In this document: positions 45,528-54,148 of the stretch, piece by piece
How positions within the stretch are numbered: position 1 is the stretch's first letter
How the letters are laid out: each line of letters starts with the position of its first letter
Assembly (NCBI GenBank): GCA_964605885.1
Contig: CAZSED010000002.1
Coordinates: 14,502-78,501, forward strand
From: an uncultured Dehalococcoidales bacterium
GTDB taxonomy: Bacteria; Chloroflexota; Dehalococcoidia; GIF9; UBA5629
Direction: 5' to 3'
DNA length: 64,000 bases
The notes under the pieces: model-generated
The model's database searches: none
What the model was told of the DNA's origin: nothing
Seen by the model: only the letters and a program-made list of their open reading frames with translations
Made by a program: the position numbers and the translations under genes

Positions 45528-47825
45528 ATGGCAAAAGGCACACAAATTCAACTTGCCCGCATCAGCGCACGCGGCGTCGTGCAGGGAGTCGGCTTCAGGC
45601 CCTTCGTCTACGGGCTGGCTAAAAAACACAAACTCAACGGCTGGGTCTGCAACACCTCGGAGGATGTGAAGATCGAGGTCGAGGGCGACAGAAAAACACT
45701 CGACCTTTTTATCTCGGACCTGGAGCACAAGGCCCCGCCGCTGGCGCGTATAGAGGGCATATCCGTCAGCTTTGACGCACCGGCCGGCTACAAGGGGTTC
45801 GAGATACGCCACAGCATGGCGCAGCCGGGCAAGTACCAGCTCGTCTCACCGGATATAGCAACCTGCAGGCCCTGCCTGGAGGACGTGTTCACACAGGGCA
45901 ACCGCCGCTGGCATTACCCCTTCACCAACTGCACCAACTGCGGCCCGCGCTTCACCATCATCAAGGACATCCCCTATGACCGGCCACTGACCACCATGTC
46001 GGTCTTCAAGATGTGCCCGGACTGCCAGCGCGAGTACGAGGACCCGCTGGACCGCCGCTTTCACGCCCAGCCCAACGCCTGCCCGGTCTGCGGCCCCCGC
46101 CTTGAGCTGACCGACAGCCGGGGGGTGCCCTTGGAATGCGAAGATATCATAGAAAAAACGGCCTCCCTGCTGCATGAGGGCAGGATTATAGCCATCAAGG
46201 GCCTGGGAGGCTTCCTGCTGGCCTGCAGCGCCGAAAATCAGCAGTCTGCAACTCTGCTCAGGCAGCGCAAGAGAAGGCCCTCCAAGCCCTTCGCCGTCAT
46301 GCTCAGGGACATTGATGCAGTCAGGTTGCACTGCGGGATCACTGCGGAGGAGGAGAAGCTGCTGCTCTCACCGCAGAGCCCCATCGTGCTTCTGCCGTGG
46401 AAGCCCGGCTCGAGCATCTGCCGGGAGGTGGCGCCGGCGCTCAAATACCTGGGCGTGATGCTGCCCTATACACCGCTGCACCATTTAATACTCAGGGAGT
46501 CGGGCCTCCCCCTAATTATGACCAGCGGTAACATCAGCGAGGAGCCGATAGCCGGCGAGAACAACGAGGCGCTGCGCAGGCTGGGCAATATAGCCGACTT
46601 CTTCCTGCTGCATAACCGTGATATCTACTCGACCTACGACGACAGCGTGGCCATGGTAGTGGAGGGCGCGCCGCAGCTTGTGCGGCGGGCCAGGGGCTAC
46701 GCACCCTATCCGGTCCATCTCGATTTCAACGTCCCCCAGATACTGGCCTGCGGCGCTGAGGAGAAGAACACCTTTTGCCTCACGCGTGACAACCACGCCT
46801 TCGTCAGCCAGCACATCGGCGATATGGAGAACCTGGAGACCATGCAGCACTTCGAGCGCACGGTGGAGCTGTATAAGAAGCTGTTCAGAATAGAGCCGCA
46901 AGTAATAGCTTACGACAAGCACCCCGAGTACCTGCCCACCAAGTACGCACAGGAACAGGCCGGAAAGCTGGGAATCAGGGCGGTATCCGTCCAGCACCAC
47001 CACGCACACATTGCCTCCTGCATGGCGGACAACGGCCTGCAGGAGCCGGTCATCGGCCTGGCCTTCGACGGCACGGGCTACGGCATAGACGGCCATATCT
47101 GGGGCGGCGAGTTCCTGGTGGCAGACTATAAGGGGTTCGAGCGCGTGGGGCAGCTGGAGTACCTGCCGCTTCCGGGCGGCGCGCTGGCCATCAAGAAGCC
47201 CTACCGCATCGCCGTGGGCTACATGCTTTCGCTGCTGGGGCCCGAGGCCTTCGACCGAAGGCTGGGCTTTCTCAGGGCCATCGAGCCGGACGAGCTGCCG
47301 CTGATCAGCCGCCAGATAGAATCGCACATCAATACCCCGCTGACCTCCAGCCTGGGCAGGCTGTTCGACGCCGTATCCGCCCTGGCCGGCGTGCGCTCCG
47401 CCATAGATTATGAGGCGCAGGCCGCCATCGAGCTGGAGATGAGGTCATACGAAGCTCCTGACGAGAAGGGCATCTATCCCTTCTTCGTGACCGCGGACGA
47501 ACACTATCACGTCGTGCTGCTGCACGGCCTGATATCTTCCGTGGTGGACGACCTGCTCAGGGGCTGCAGCGCCGCCACGGTGGGCATGCGCTTCCACAAC
47601 ACGCTGGCGGTCATGGCGCGCGATGTCTGCCTCAGGATACGGGAGCAGCATAAAATTGATCGGGTGGCGCTGAGCGGCGGCTGCTTCCAGAACCGCCTGC
47701 TGCTGGTCAAAACGATGGCGGCGCTCAAGGAAGCGGGCTTCAGGGTGCTGACCCACAGCCAGGTGCCCTGCAACGACGGCGGCATATCTCTGGGCCAGGC
47801 CGTGATAGCGGCATCTATGAATTAG
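45528..47825 (+). CDS. hypF: [NiFe] hydrogenase maturation carbamoyltransferase HypF
   Basis: Acylphosphatase-like N-terminus (VQGVGFRPFVY), two CxxC...CxxC zinc fingers, YrdC and Kae1-like regions; 766 aa from MAKGTQ. Confidence 0.85.
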   Translation: MAKGTQIQLARISARGVVQGVGFRPFVYGLAKKHKLNGWVCNTSEDVKIEVEGDRKTLDLFISDLEHKAPPLARIEGISVSFDAPAGYKGFEIRHSMAQPGKYQLVSPDIATCRPCLEDVFTQGNRRWHYPFTNCTNCGPRFTIIKDIPYDRPLTTMSVFKMCPDCQREYEDPLDRRFHAQPNACPVCGPRLELTDSRGVPLECEDIIEKTASLLHEGRIIAIKGLGGFLLACSAENQQSATLLRQRKRRPSKPFAVMLRDIDAVRLHCGITAEEEKLLLSPQSPIVLLPWKPGSSICREVAPALKYLGVMLPYTPLHHLILRESGLPLIMTSGNISEEPIAGENNEALRRLGNIADFFLLHNRDIYSTYDDSVAMVVEGAPQLVRRARGYAPYPVHLDFNVPQILACGAEEKNTFCLTRDNHAFVSQHIGDMENLETMQHFERTVELYKKLFRIEPQVIAYDKHPEYLPTKYAQEQAGKLGIRAVSVQHHHAHIASCMADNGLQEPVIGLAFDGTGYGIDGHIWGGEFLVADYKGFERVGQLEYLPLPGGALAIKKPYRIAVGYMLSLLGPEAFDRRLGFLRAIEPDELPLISRQIESHINTPLTSSLGRLFDAVSALAGVRSAIDYEAQAAIELEMRSYEAPDEKGIYPFFVTADEHYHVVLLHGLISSVVDDLLRGCSAATVGMRFHNTLAVMARDVCLRIREQHKIDRVALSGGCFQNRLLLVKTMAALKEAGFRVLTHSQVPCNDGGISLGQAVIAASMN

Positions 47826-47924
47826 GCGTTAAGGAAGGGCGCAAATGAAACCTTTGTTTCCCTGTGTTACAATAGCCCAAAACTGTTGTCGGAAAGAGCA
47901 GCAGAAAACGGAGGTAGGAAGAAG

Positions 47925-48359
47925 ATGCCACAAAAGAACCTGGTTATATGTGCAATATATATCTCGGACAAGAAAGAACCCAGCTTGAATCGGGCAGATA
48001 TTAGTTTTATAGCTGCTAGATATAAGCCCGGTACCTCAAATACGACTGCGCTTGCCAGGAAATCGTTTTACAAGCTTCCCAAGAAGGATATGAATAAATG
48101 GATTCAGCTAAGCGTGGATATAACCGCCCCCTCGGTGCTGCTTGGGCCCAATCAGCGTGTAGCGTTCTTGTTGTACGAGCATGATCCCCACCCGGACAAA
48201 AGCTGGACATACGATGCCAGCTATGCACCCCTCCACTATACCTCCTTGGATTCGCCTTATGGCAGCATTTATATGAACTACAATGATTTCGCAGGCAATC
48301 CAACCAAAGAATATGCTCTAAGCGGTGCGAAGGTCAAAATACGCAGCTATGATGTATAG
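47925..48359 (+). CDS. Hypothetical protein
   Basis: GGAGGTAGG RBS before MPQKNL; no recognised domain. Confidence 0.4.
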   Translation: MPQKNLVICAIYISDKKEPSLNRADISFIAARYKPGTSNTTALARKSFYKLPKKDMNKWIQLSVDITAPSVLLGPNQRVAFLLYEHDPHPDKSWTYDASYAPLHYTSLDSPYGSIYMNYNDFAGNPTKEYALSGAKVKIRSYDV

Positions 48360-48529
48360 TGGTCCATTAATGAATCTTAAGTCTACTTAGTCAGGCGTAC
48401 ATCCTGCTGGCACGACAACTCTTAAGTATCATAAATTGGCTATTAATCATTGACTATTAAGTCAATGGGATATTATTATGGCCCATCGCGCGGTATGACA
48501 CGATAGCCAAATTGAGCTATACTTCTGGC

Positions 48530-48763
48530 ATGTGTCTGGCAGTTCCCGTAAGAATTACCTCTGTTGAAGGCGACCAGGCCGAGGTGGACATAGGAGGTGT
48601 AGGCCGCCGCGTCAGCATTGCACTCACGCCTGAAGCCAGGGTGGGCGACTACGTGCTGCTGCACACCGGCTATGCCATCAACGTGCTGGACGAGGCGGAG
48701 GCACAGGAAACGCTCAGCCTGCTGGAACGCATGGTTGAAGCAGACACTTCCGGCGGCACATAG
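48530..48763 (+). CDS. hypC: Hydrogenase maturation factor HypC
   Basis: MCLAVPVRI N-terminus (essential Cys2); 77 aa. Confidence 0.8.
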   Translation: MCLAVPVRITSVEGDQAEVDIGGVGRRVSIALTPEARVGDYVLLHTGYAINVLDEAEAQETLSLLERMVEADTSGGT

Positions 48764-48805
48764 CCTGCCGGAGCCAAAGCTGCATTTCCGATGAAAAGGA
48801 GGCCT

Positions 48806-49831
48806 ATGATGTCCTTTAAGAAATTTACCGTGCTCAGCGCCGTAGTGATAATCGCCCTGAGCAGCCTGGCAGACGGCTGCTCTGCTCAGCAGGCACAGCC
48901 GCCCGCCGGGCCGGACGGCTCGCAGCCATCCAATAAGCCCCCGCTGACGCTGCCTGTAACCCCTACAGAGAACAAAAGCGCTATCACACCGCCGCAATCA
49001 TCGGCACTGCCCAACTTCAGCGGCAAGCTGGTGTTCAACTCGGGCACGGGAGACCAGGGCGGGCCGCAGATATATACATCAACCGCCAACGGCACCAACT
49101 GGACCAAGCTGACCAAGGGCAATGTAGGCGGTGACCGCTTCCCCAAATGGTCGCCTGACGGCAGCAAAATTGTCTTCTTCTCAGACCGTGACGGCACGCA
49201 GCAGATATATGTCATGAACGCCGACGGCAGCAACCAGGTAAGGCTGACCAACAATACTGCCAACGACCTGCTGCCATCCTGGTCTCCGGACGGCAAAAAG
49301 ATTGCCTTTACCTCGAGCCGTGACAATAACGAGCAGATATACGTGATGAACGCTGACGGCAGCAACCAGGCAAGGCTGACCAAAAACTCCGACAACGATG
49401 CGGCACCCGTCTGGTCACCTGACGGCAAGAAGATCGCCTTCCAGAGCGACCGTGACCAGAACACCGAGATCTACGTGATGAACGCCGACGGCAGCAACCA
49501 GGTCAACATCACCTCCGACGCCGCGGTGGATGATTTCCCGGCGTGGTCGCCGGACGGCAAGAAGATCCTCTTCCAGTCCAATGACAGCGGCACCTTCCAG
49601 ATCTGCGTTATCAATCCCGACGGCACAGGCCGGCAGCGGCTGACCTTCGGCCAGAACGAAAATAAATACCCGGACTGGTCTCCGGACGGCAGCAAGATAG
49701 TCTTCTATTCCAAGCGCGACTGCGATAACGATAACGGCGAGATATATATTATGAACGCCGACGGCAGCGGGCAGACCCGCATTACCCACAGCGACTGCAC
49801 GGACGCGGGCCTGGCCTCCTGGCACAATTAA
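48806..49831 (+). CDS. Periplasmic WD40-like beta-propeller (PD40/TolB-like) repeat protein
   Basis: Six to seven repeats of the type WSPDGKKIAFxSxRDGNxEIYVMNADGSNQxRLT; signal peptide. Confidence 0.75.
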   Translation: MMSFKKFTVLSAVVIIALSSLADGCSAQQAQPPAGPDGSQPSNKPPLTLPVTPTENKSAITPPQSSALPNFSGKLVFNSGTGDQGGPQIYTSTANGTNWTKLTKGNVGGDRFPKWSPDGSKIVFFSDRDGTQQIYVMNADGSNQVRLTNNTANDLLPSWSPDGKKIAFTSSRDNNEQIYVMNADGSNQARLTKNSDNDAAPVWSPDGKKIAFQSDRDQNTEIYVMNADGSNQVNITSDAAVDDFPAWSPDGKKILFQSNDSGTFQICVINPDGTGRQRLTFGQNENKYPDWSPDGSKIVFYSKRDCDNDNGEIYIMNADGSGQTRITHSDCTDAGLASWHN

Positions 49832-49885
49832 GCCGGGTCAAACGCATTGCAGAGGTGGTAATATCTCCGGCGGACTGACAGTTGA

Positions 49886-50980
49886 ATGAAGTTCATTGAC
49901 GAGTTCCGTGACGCCGGCCTGGCCCAGAAGCTGGCGCACAGGATTGCCGCCATCTCCACCAGGCCGGCCAGGCTGATGGAGTTCTGCGGCGGGCATACCG
50001 TAGCCATCATGCGCAACGGCATCCGCCAGCTACTTCCGCCCAATATCGAGATGCTCTCCGGACCGGGCTGTCCCGTCTGCGTCACGGCCAATGCGGATAT
50101 AGATAAAGCCATAGCTCTGGCGGCACTGCCGGATGTTATCATCACCACCTTCGGCGATATGCTCAAGGTGCCGGGCAGCTACTCCAGCCTGCAGAAAGCG
50201 CGCGCCGCCGGCTCGGATATACGCGTGGTGTACTCCACGCAGGACGCGCTGCAGATAGCGGCTGATAATCCCCGCAGGCCGGTCATCTTTCTGGGCATCG
50301 GCTTCGAGACGACCGCACCCACCGTGGCCGCCGCAGTGCTGCAGGCCGACCTGAAAAACCTGAGGAATTTTTATGTGCTGTGCCTGCTCAAGACCACGCC
50401 GCCGCCCATGAAGGCCCTGCTGGACCTGGGCGAGGTGAAATTGAACGGCATTGTCTGCCCCGGGCATGTCAGCTCCATCATCGGCACAAAACCGTATGAA
50501 ACCTACGCCCGCAACTACGGCATTGCCTGCGTGGTAGCCGGGTTCGAGCCCGTGGACATCCTGCAGGCGGTTGAGATGCTGATAGCGCAGATCGAGAGCG
50601 GCAAACCGGATGTAGAGATAGCCTATAGGCGCGGCGTCAGGCCCGAGGGGAATCCCAGGGCGCTGGAGCTTATGCGCAACGTATTTGAAGCGTCCGCGGC
50701 GGACTGGCGCGGCATTGGGACTATACCCGGCAGCGGCCTCAAGCTGAAAAAAGAATATGCCACCTTCGATGCCGCCCTGGAGTTCGAGGTTGAACCTCCG
50801 CCGGCCAGGGAGGCGCCCGGCTGCCGCTGCGGAGAGGTGCTGAGAGGCGTGGTCAGGCCTCCACAGTGCGGGCTGTTCAGAAAGGTTTGCACGCCTGAAA
50901 ATCCCATCGGCCCCTGCATGGTCTCTTCGGAAGGCACCTGCGCCGCCTATTACCAGTTTGGAGGCATGGATGGAAGATAA
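49886..50980 (+). CDS. hypD: Hydrogenase maturation factor HypD
   Basis: GPGCPVCV, FETT and CPGH motifs; 364 aa. Confidence 0.85.
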   Translation: MKFIDEFRDAGLAQKLAHRIAAISTRPARLMEFCGGHTVAIMRNGIRQLLPPNIEMLSGPGCPVCVTANADIDKAIALAALPDVIITTFGDMLKVPGSYSSLQKARAAGSDIRVVYSTQDALQIAADNPRRPVIFLGIGFETTAPTVAAAVLQADLKNLRNFYVLCLLKTTPPPMKALLDLGEVKLNGIVCPGHVSSIIGTKPYETYARNYGIACVVAGFEPVDILQAVEMLIAQIESGKPDVEIAYRRGVRPEGNPRALELMRNVFEASAADWRGIGTIPGSGLKLKKEYATFDAALEFEVEPPPAREAPGCRCGEVLRGVVRPPQCGLFRKVCTPENPIGPCMVSSEGTCAAYYQFGGMDGR

Positions 50981-51974
50981 GATTCTGCTGGCGCACGGCA
51001 GCGGCAGCAAGCTCAGCCACGACCTGGTGGAGAAGATACTGGCCCCGCCCATCGATAACCCCATACTGGCGCGCATGGACGATTCGGCGGTGTTCGACCT
51101 GGCAGGCAGGCTGGCTTATACCACGGACAGCTATGTGGTCAACCCCATATTTTTCCCCGGCGGCGATATAGGCAGGCTGGCCATCTGCGGCACGGTCAAC
51201 GACCTCTCCATGAGCGGCGCACAGCCGCTCTATCTCAGCCTGGCGCTGATTATCGAGGAAGGCCTGGAGATAGCAGACCTGCGCCGCATAGTTGAATCCA
51301 TCCGCGATACGGCCGAGGAGGCCGGCGTGCAGATAATCACCGGGGATACCAAGGTGGTCAACCACGGCAAGGCCGACCGGCTGTTCATCAACACCTCCGG
51401 CATCGGCGTCATCGGCGAAGGCGTGGATATATCCGGCTCCAACGCCAGGCCGGGCGACAGGATCATACTCAGCGGCGGCATCGGCGAGCATGGCATGGCG
51501 GTAATGAGCCGGCGTGAGGGGCTGGAGTTCAAACTGCCCGTGGCCAGCGATTGTGCCCCGCTCAACAAGCTGGTGGCCGGCATGCTGGCGGCCAGCAGCA
51601 ACATCCACAGCCTGCGCGATCCCACCCGCGGCGGGCTGGCCTCCACGCTCAACGAGTTCGCACGCCAGTCCGGTGTTGGCATCAACATCGAGGAAGATAA
51701 AATACGCGTCCACGACGGCGTGAGGGGCGCCTGTGAGCTGCTGGGGCTTGACCCGCTTTATATTGCCAACGAGGGCAAGCTGGTGGCCTGCGTGACTCCG
51801 GCCGATGCGGATAGGGTGCTGGCCGCCATGAAAAAGAACCAGTATGCCGCTCAGGCCGCTGTAATAGGCGAGGTCACAGCCGAGCACCCGGGCAGGGTGG
51901 TGATGAAGACCGGCATCGGCTCATCCCGTATAGTGGACATGCCGACCGGCGAGATCCTGCCGCGCATCTGTTGA
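50970..51974 (+). CDS. hypE: Hydrogenase maturation factor HypE
   Basis: KILLAHGSGS N-terminal motif; AIR-synthase-like fold; overlaps the hypD end. Confidence 0.85.
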   Translation: MEDKILLAHGSGSKLSHDLVEKILAPPIDNPILARMDDSAVFDLAGRLAYTTDSYVVNPIFFPGGDIGRLAICGTVNDLSMSGAQPLYLSLALIIEEGLEIADLRRIVESIRDTAEEAGVQIITGDTKVVNHGKADRLFINTSGIGVIGEGVDISGSNARPGDRIILSGGIGEHGMAVMSRREGLEFKLPVASDCAPLNKLVAGMLAASSNIHSLRDPTRGGLASTLNEFARQSGVGINIEEDKIRVHDGVRGACELLGLDPLYIANEGKLVACVTPADADRVLAAMKKNQYAAQAAVIGEVTAEHPGRVVMKTGIGSSRIVDMPTGEILPRIC

Positions 51975-51978
51975 ATCC

Positions 51979-52443
51979 ATGGACAAGAAACCCTCCAGGG
52001 CTGTTCTGGGCATCGGCAACCCCCTGCGCCGTGACGACGGGCTGGGCATCCGCATTATCGAGGAGATGCGCCGCATGCCCGGATATGATGACTTTGAACT
52101 TATCGACGGCGGCACGTCGCCGGACCTTCTTTCGCTGCTGGATGAGAGTATAAAGAAGCTCGTTATCGTGGATTCTCTCCGAGGCAGCGGCCCGCCGGGA
52201 ACGATTTACCGGCTGGAGGTGGGCCAGGAGAACATCACCGGGGGGACGGCCTCATCGCACGGCCTGGGCGTGCTGGATACCGTCAGCATCATGCCGAAGC
52301 TGGGGCTCAAGCCTCCGCAAATCATCATCATCGGCGTGGAGCCGGAGGATGTCTCCCACGGACTGGGCCTGACAGCCCGCATTGAAAGGCTGCTTCCGGA
52401 AATTATCCGGGCGGTGGACGGCGAGCTCAAGGCAGCAGATTGA
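51979..52443 (+). CDS. Hydrogenase maturation endopeptidase (HycI/HoxW family)
   Basis: VLGIGNPLRRDDGLGIRI signature. Confidence 0.8.
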   Translation: MDKKPSRAVLGIGNPLRRDDGLGIRIIEEMRRMPGYDDFELIDGGTSPDLLSLLDESIKKLVIVDSLRGSGPPGTIYRLEVGQENITGGTASSHGLGVLDTVSIMPKLGLKPPQIIIIGVEPEDVSHGLGLTARIERLLPEIIRAVDGELKAAD

Positions 52444-52512
52444 AATGGGCCGCGCGTTATGCTTAAATTAATCTAAATCACATATAAAGTATAGCAGCGG
52501 TATACAGAACTT

Positions 52513-52782
52513 ATGAGCCCCAAAGAATTTACGCAGGAAGTTAAGGACAAGGCCTTCATCAGGCAGAGAAAGGTCTGCGCACATTGCGGCGCTGCTGTTG
52601 AGGTGGATTCAGGGTTCTCCCATTTTAAGAAGCCGGTGGAGCTGGGCGGGGATACTTCGCTGGCCAACTGCGTAATACTCTGTCAAAAATGCCACGTGAA
52701 GTACGGCCACATCTCCAGGTGGGACAAGTTCGTTATCACCCAGGACTACCCCTATTTCTCAGCGGATGGTCTGCCGCACTAG
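52513..52782 (+). CDS. Small HNH-endonuclease-like protein
   Basis: CAHCG...H...N...CQKCH spacing. Confidence 0.4.
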   Translation: MSPKEFTQEVKDKAFIRQRKVCAHCGAAVEVDSGFSHFKKPVELGGDTSLANCVILCQKCHVKYGHISRWDKFVITQDYPYFSADGLPH

Positions 52783-52802
52783 GCACGACGGAATCTACGG
52801 AG

Positions 52803-53981
52803 CTATTTCACCAGCTTTAAAAAGCTAACCGTCTGACCGGTCATGACGAAGGTGTACTGCATGCCTTCTTCTTTCACTTTCCAGACCCCGTATGTTCCCC
52901 CTGTGCGCCCGCCGGCCTGGTCAAAGGTGATCGTGCCGCTTGTGCCCGGATATTCCCTGCCCACTTCGGCCAGCGCATTCTTAATTGCTCCACCGTTGTA
53001 GACATTGGCCTTTTTCAGCGCGGCGGCAATCATGTTCACTGCGTCATAGGTTGTGTCGCAATACACCGTCGGGGGTAAACCATAGGCATATTTATAGGCC
53101 GTCACAAAATATTTATAGGTCGGTGATTCCTCGTCGGGAATAGGCACCGTGCCTGTCACGGCTTTCTCCATGAATTTGGCGGCGTCACCGTACTTGTCCA
53201 GCGGCAAATCAAAGGCGCCGTCGGTTGTGAACCAGGGTATGTTATCCATGCCCCGCTGCAGCGCCTGCTGGAAGATGACGGCGCTGTCATCGTATGCGCC
53301 TGCATGCAGCACGCAGCTGGGTATAGTATCCTTGATGGCGTTCAGCTCCGAAAAATAGCTGAGCTTGGTGGGGTCGTAGCGGATAGAGGATACCACCTGC
53401 GTCCTGCCCTTGAGGTACTCTTTCGCCACAGTCTCAATGCCCTGCCCGTATATGGTATCCACCACCAGTATCGCCACCTTCTTGTAACCGGCGTCGGTTA
53501 TCAGCTTGGCTACAACGCCGCCTTGCAGCGAGTCGTCCGGGGATACGCGGAATACCCAGCCGGACCAGTTAAAGCGCCCCAGTGCGCTGGACGTCGCTGA
53601 CGGCGAAACCATCACCACGCCTTTATCGGCCATGTACGGGCCGGCGCCCATTACGGCCTCACTGGTAGTGCCGCCGATAACCACCTGCACACGCGACTCA
53701 TCAACCAGCTTATGCGCGGCGTAGAGTGCCGTAGCCGCGGTCGGACCCTCGTCCTCAACTACCAGGGACAGCCGTTTCCCGTCAATGCCGCCGTTGTCAT
53801 TTATTTCTTTTACGGCAAGTTGTGCAGCCTTTATCAGGTTCGGGCCCCCGGTCGGCGCGGCCGAGGTGGCCATAAGGCAGCCCACCGGTATATCCGCCGG
53901 CAGTTGCTGCGCCGGAAGAAAGCACGCCGTAACTGCCAGCAGCAGCGCAGTAGCAATCAGTGCAAAAAAGACCACTTTCAT
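52803..53981 (-). CDS. ABC transporter substrate-binding lipoprotein, branched-chain amino acid (LivJ/LivK) family
   Basis: Start at MKVVFF with GGAAGGTGA RBS; lipobox LAVTAC; Peripla_BP_6-like sequence. Confidence 0.65.
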   Translation of the reverse strand: MKVVFFALIATALLLAVTACFLPAQQLPADIPVGCLMATSAAPTGGPNLIKAAQLAVKEINDNGGIDGKRLSLVVEDEGPTAATALYAAHKLVDESRVQVVIGGTTSEAVMGAGPYMADKGVVMVSPSATSSALGRFNWSGWVFRVSPDDSLQGGVVAKLITDAGYKKVAILVVDTIYGQGIETVAKEYLKGRTQVVSSIRYDPTKLSYFSELNAIKDTIPSCVLHAGAYDDSAVIFQQALQRGMDNIPWFTTDGAFDLPLDKYGDAAKFMEKAVTGTVPIPDEESPTYKYFVTAYKYAYGLPPTVYCDTTYDAVNMIAAALKKANVYNGGAIKNALAEVGREYPGTSGTITFDQAGGRTGGTYGVWKVKEEGMQYTFVMTGQTVSFLKLVK

Positions 53982-54148
53982 TTCCAACTCACCTTCCGGC
54001 AGGCTCAAGCCGGCTGCTATTATAGCATTTCCCCTTCTCTGCCAGTATATGTAGTTTTTACTCATTTTGCCAATCGGGGTAAAATAGTGCCTGAGAAAAT
54101 TAACGGTCCCGTATTTGTTTCGGCCCCCGGTGAGCACGTGAGGCGGTG

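Noticed and set aside
46512-47327. 271-aa minus-strand ORF
   Set aside because: It is antisense within hypF.
50030-51887. Two long minus-strand ORFs (348 aa and 336 aa)
   Set aside because: They are antisense to hypD and hypE, which carry unmistakable motifs.
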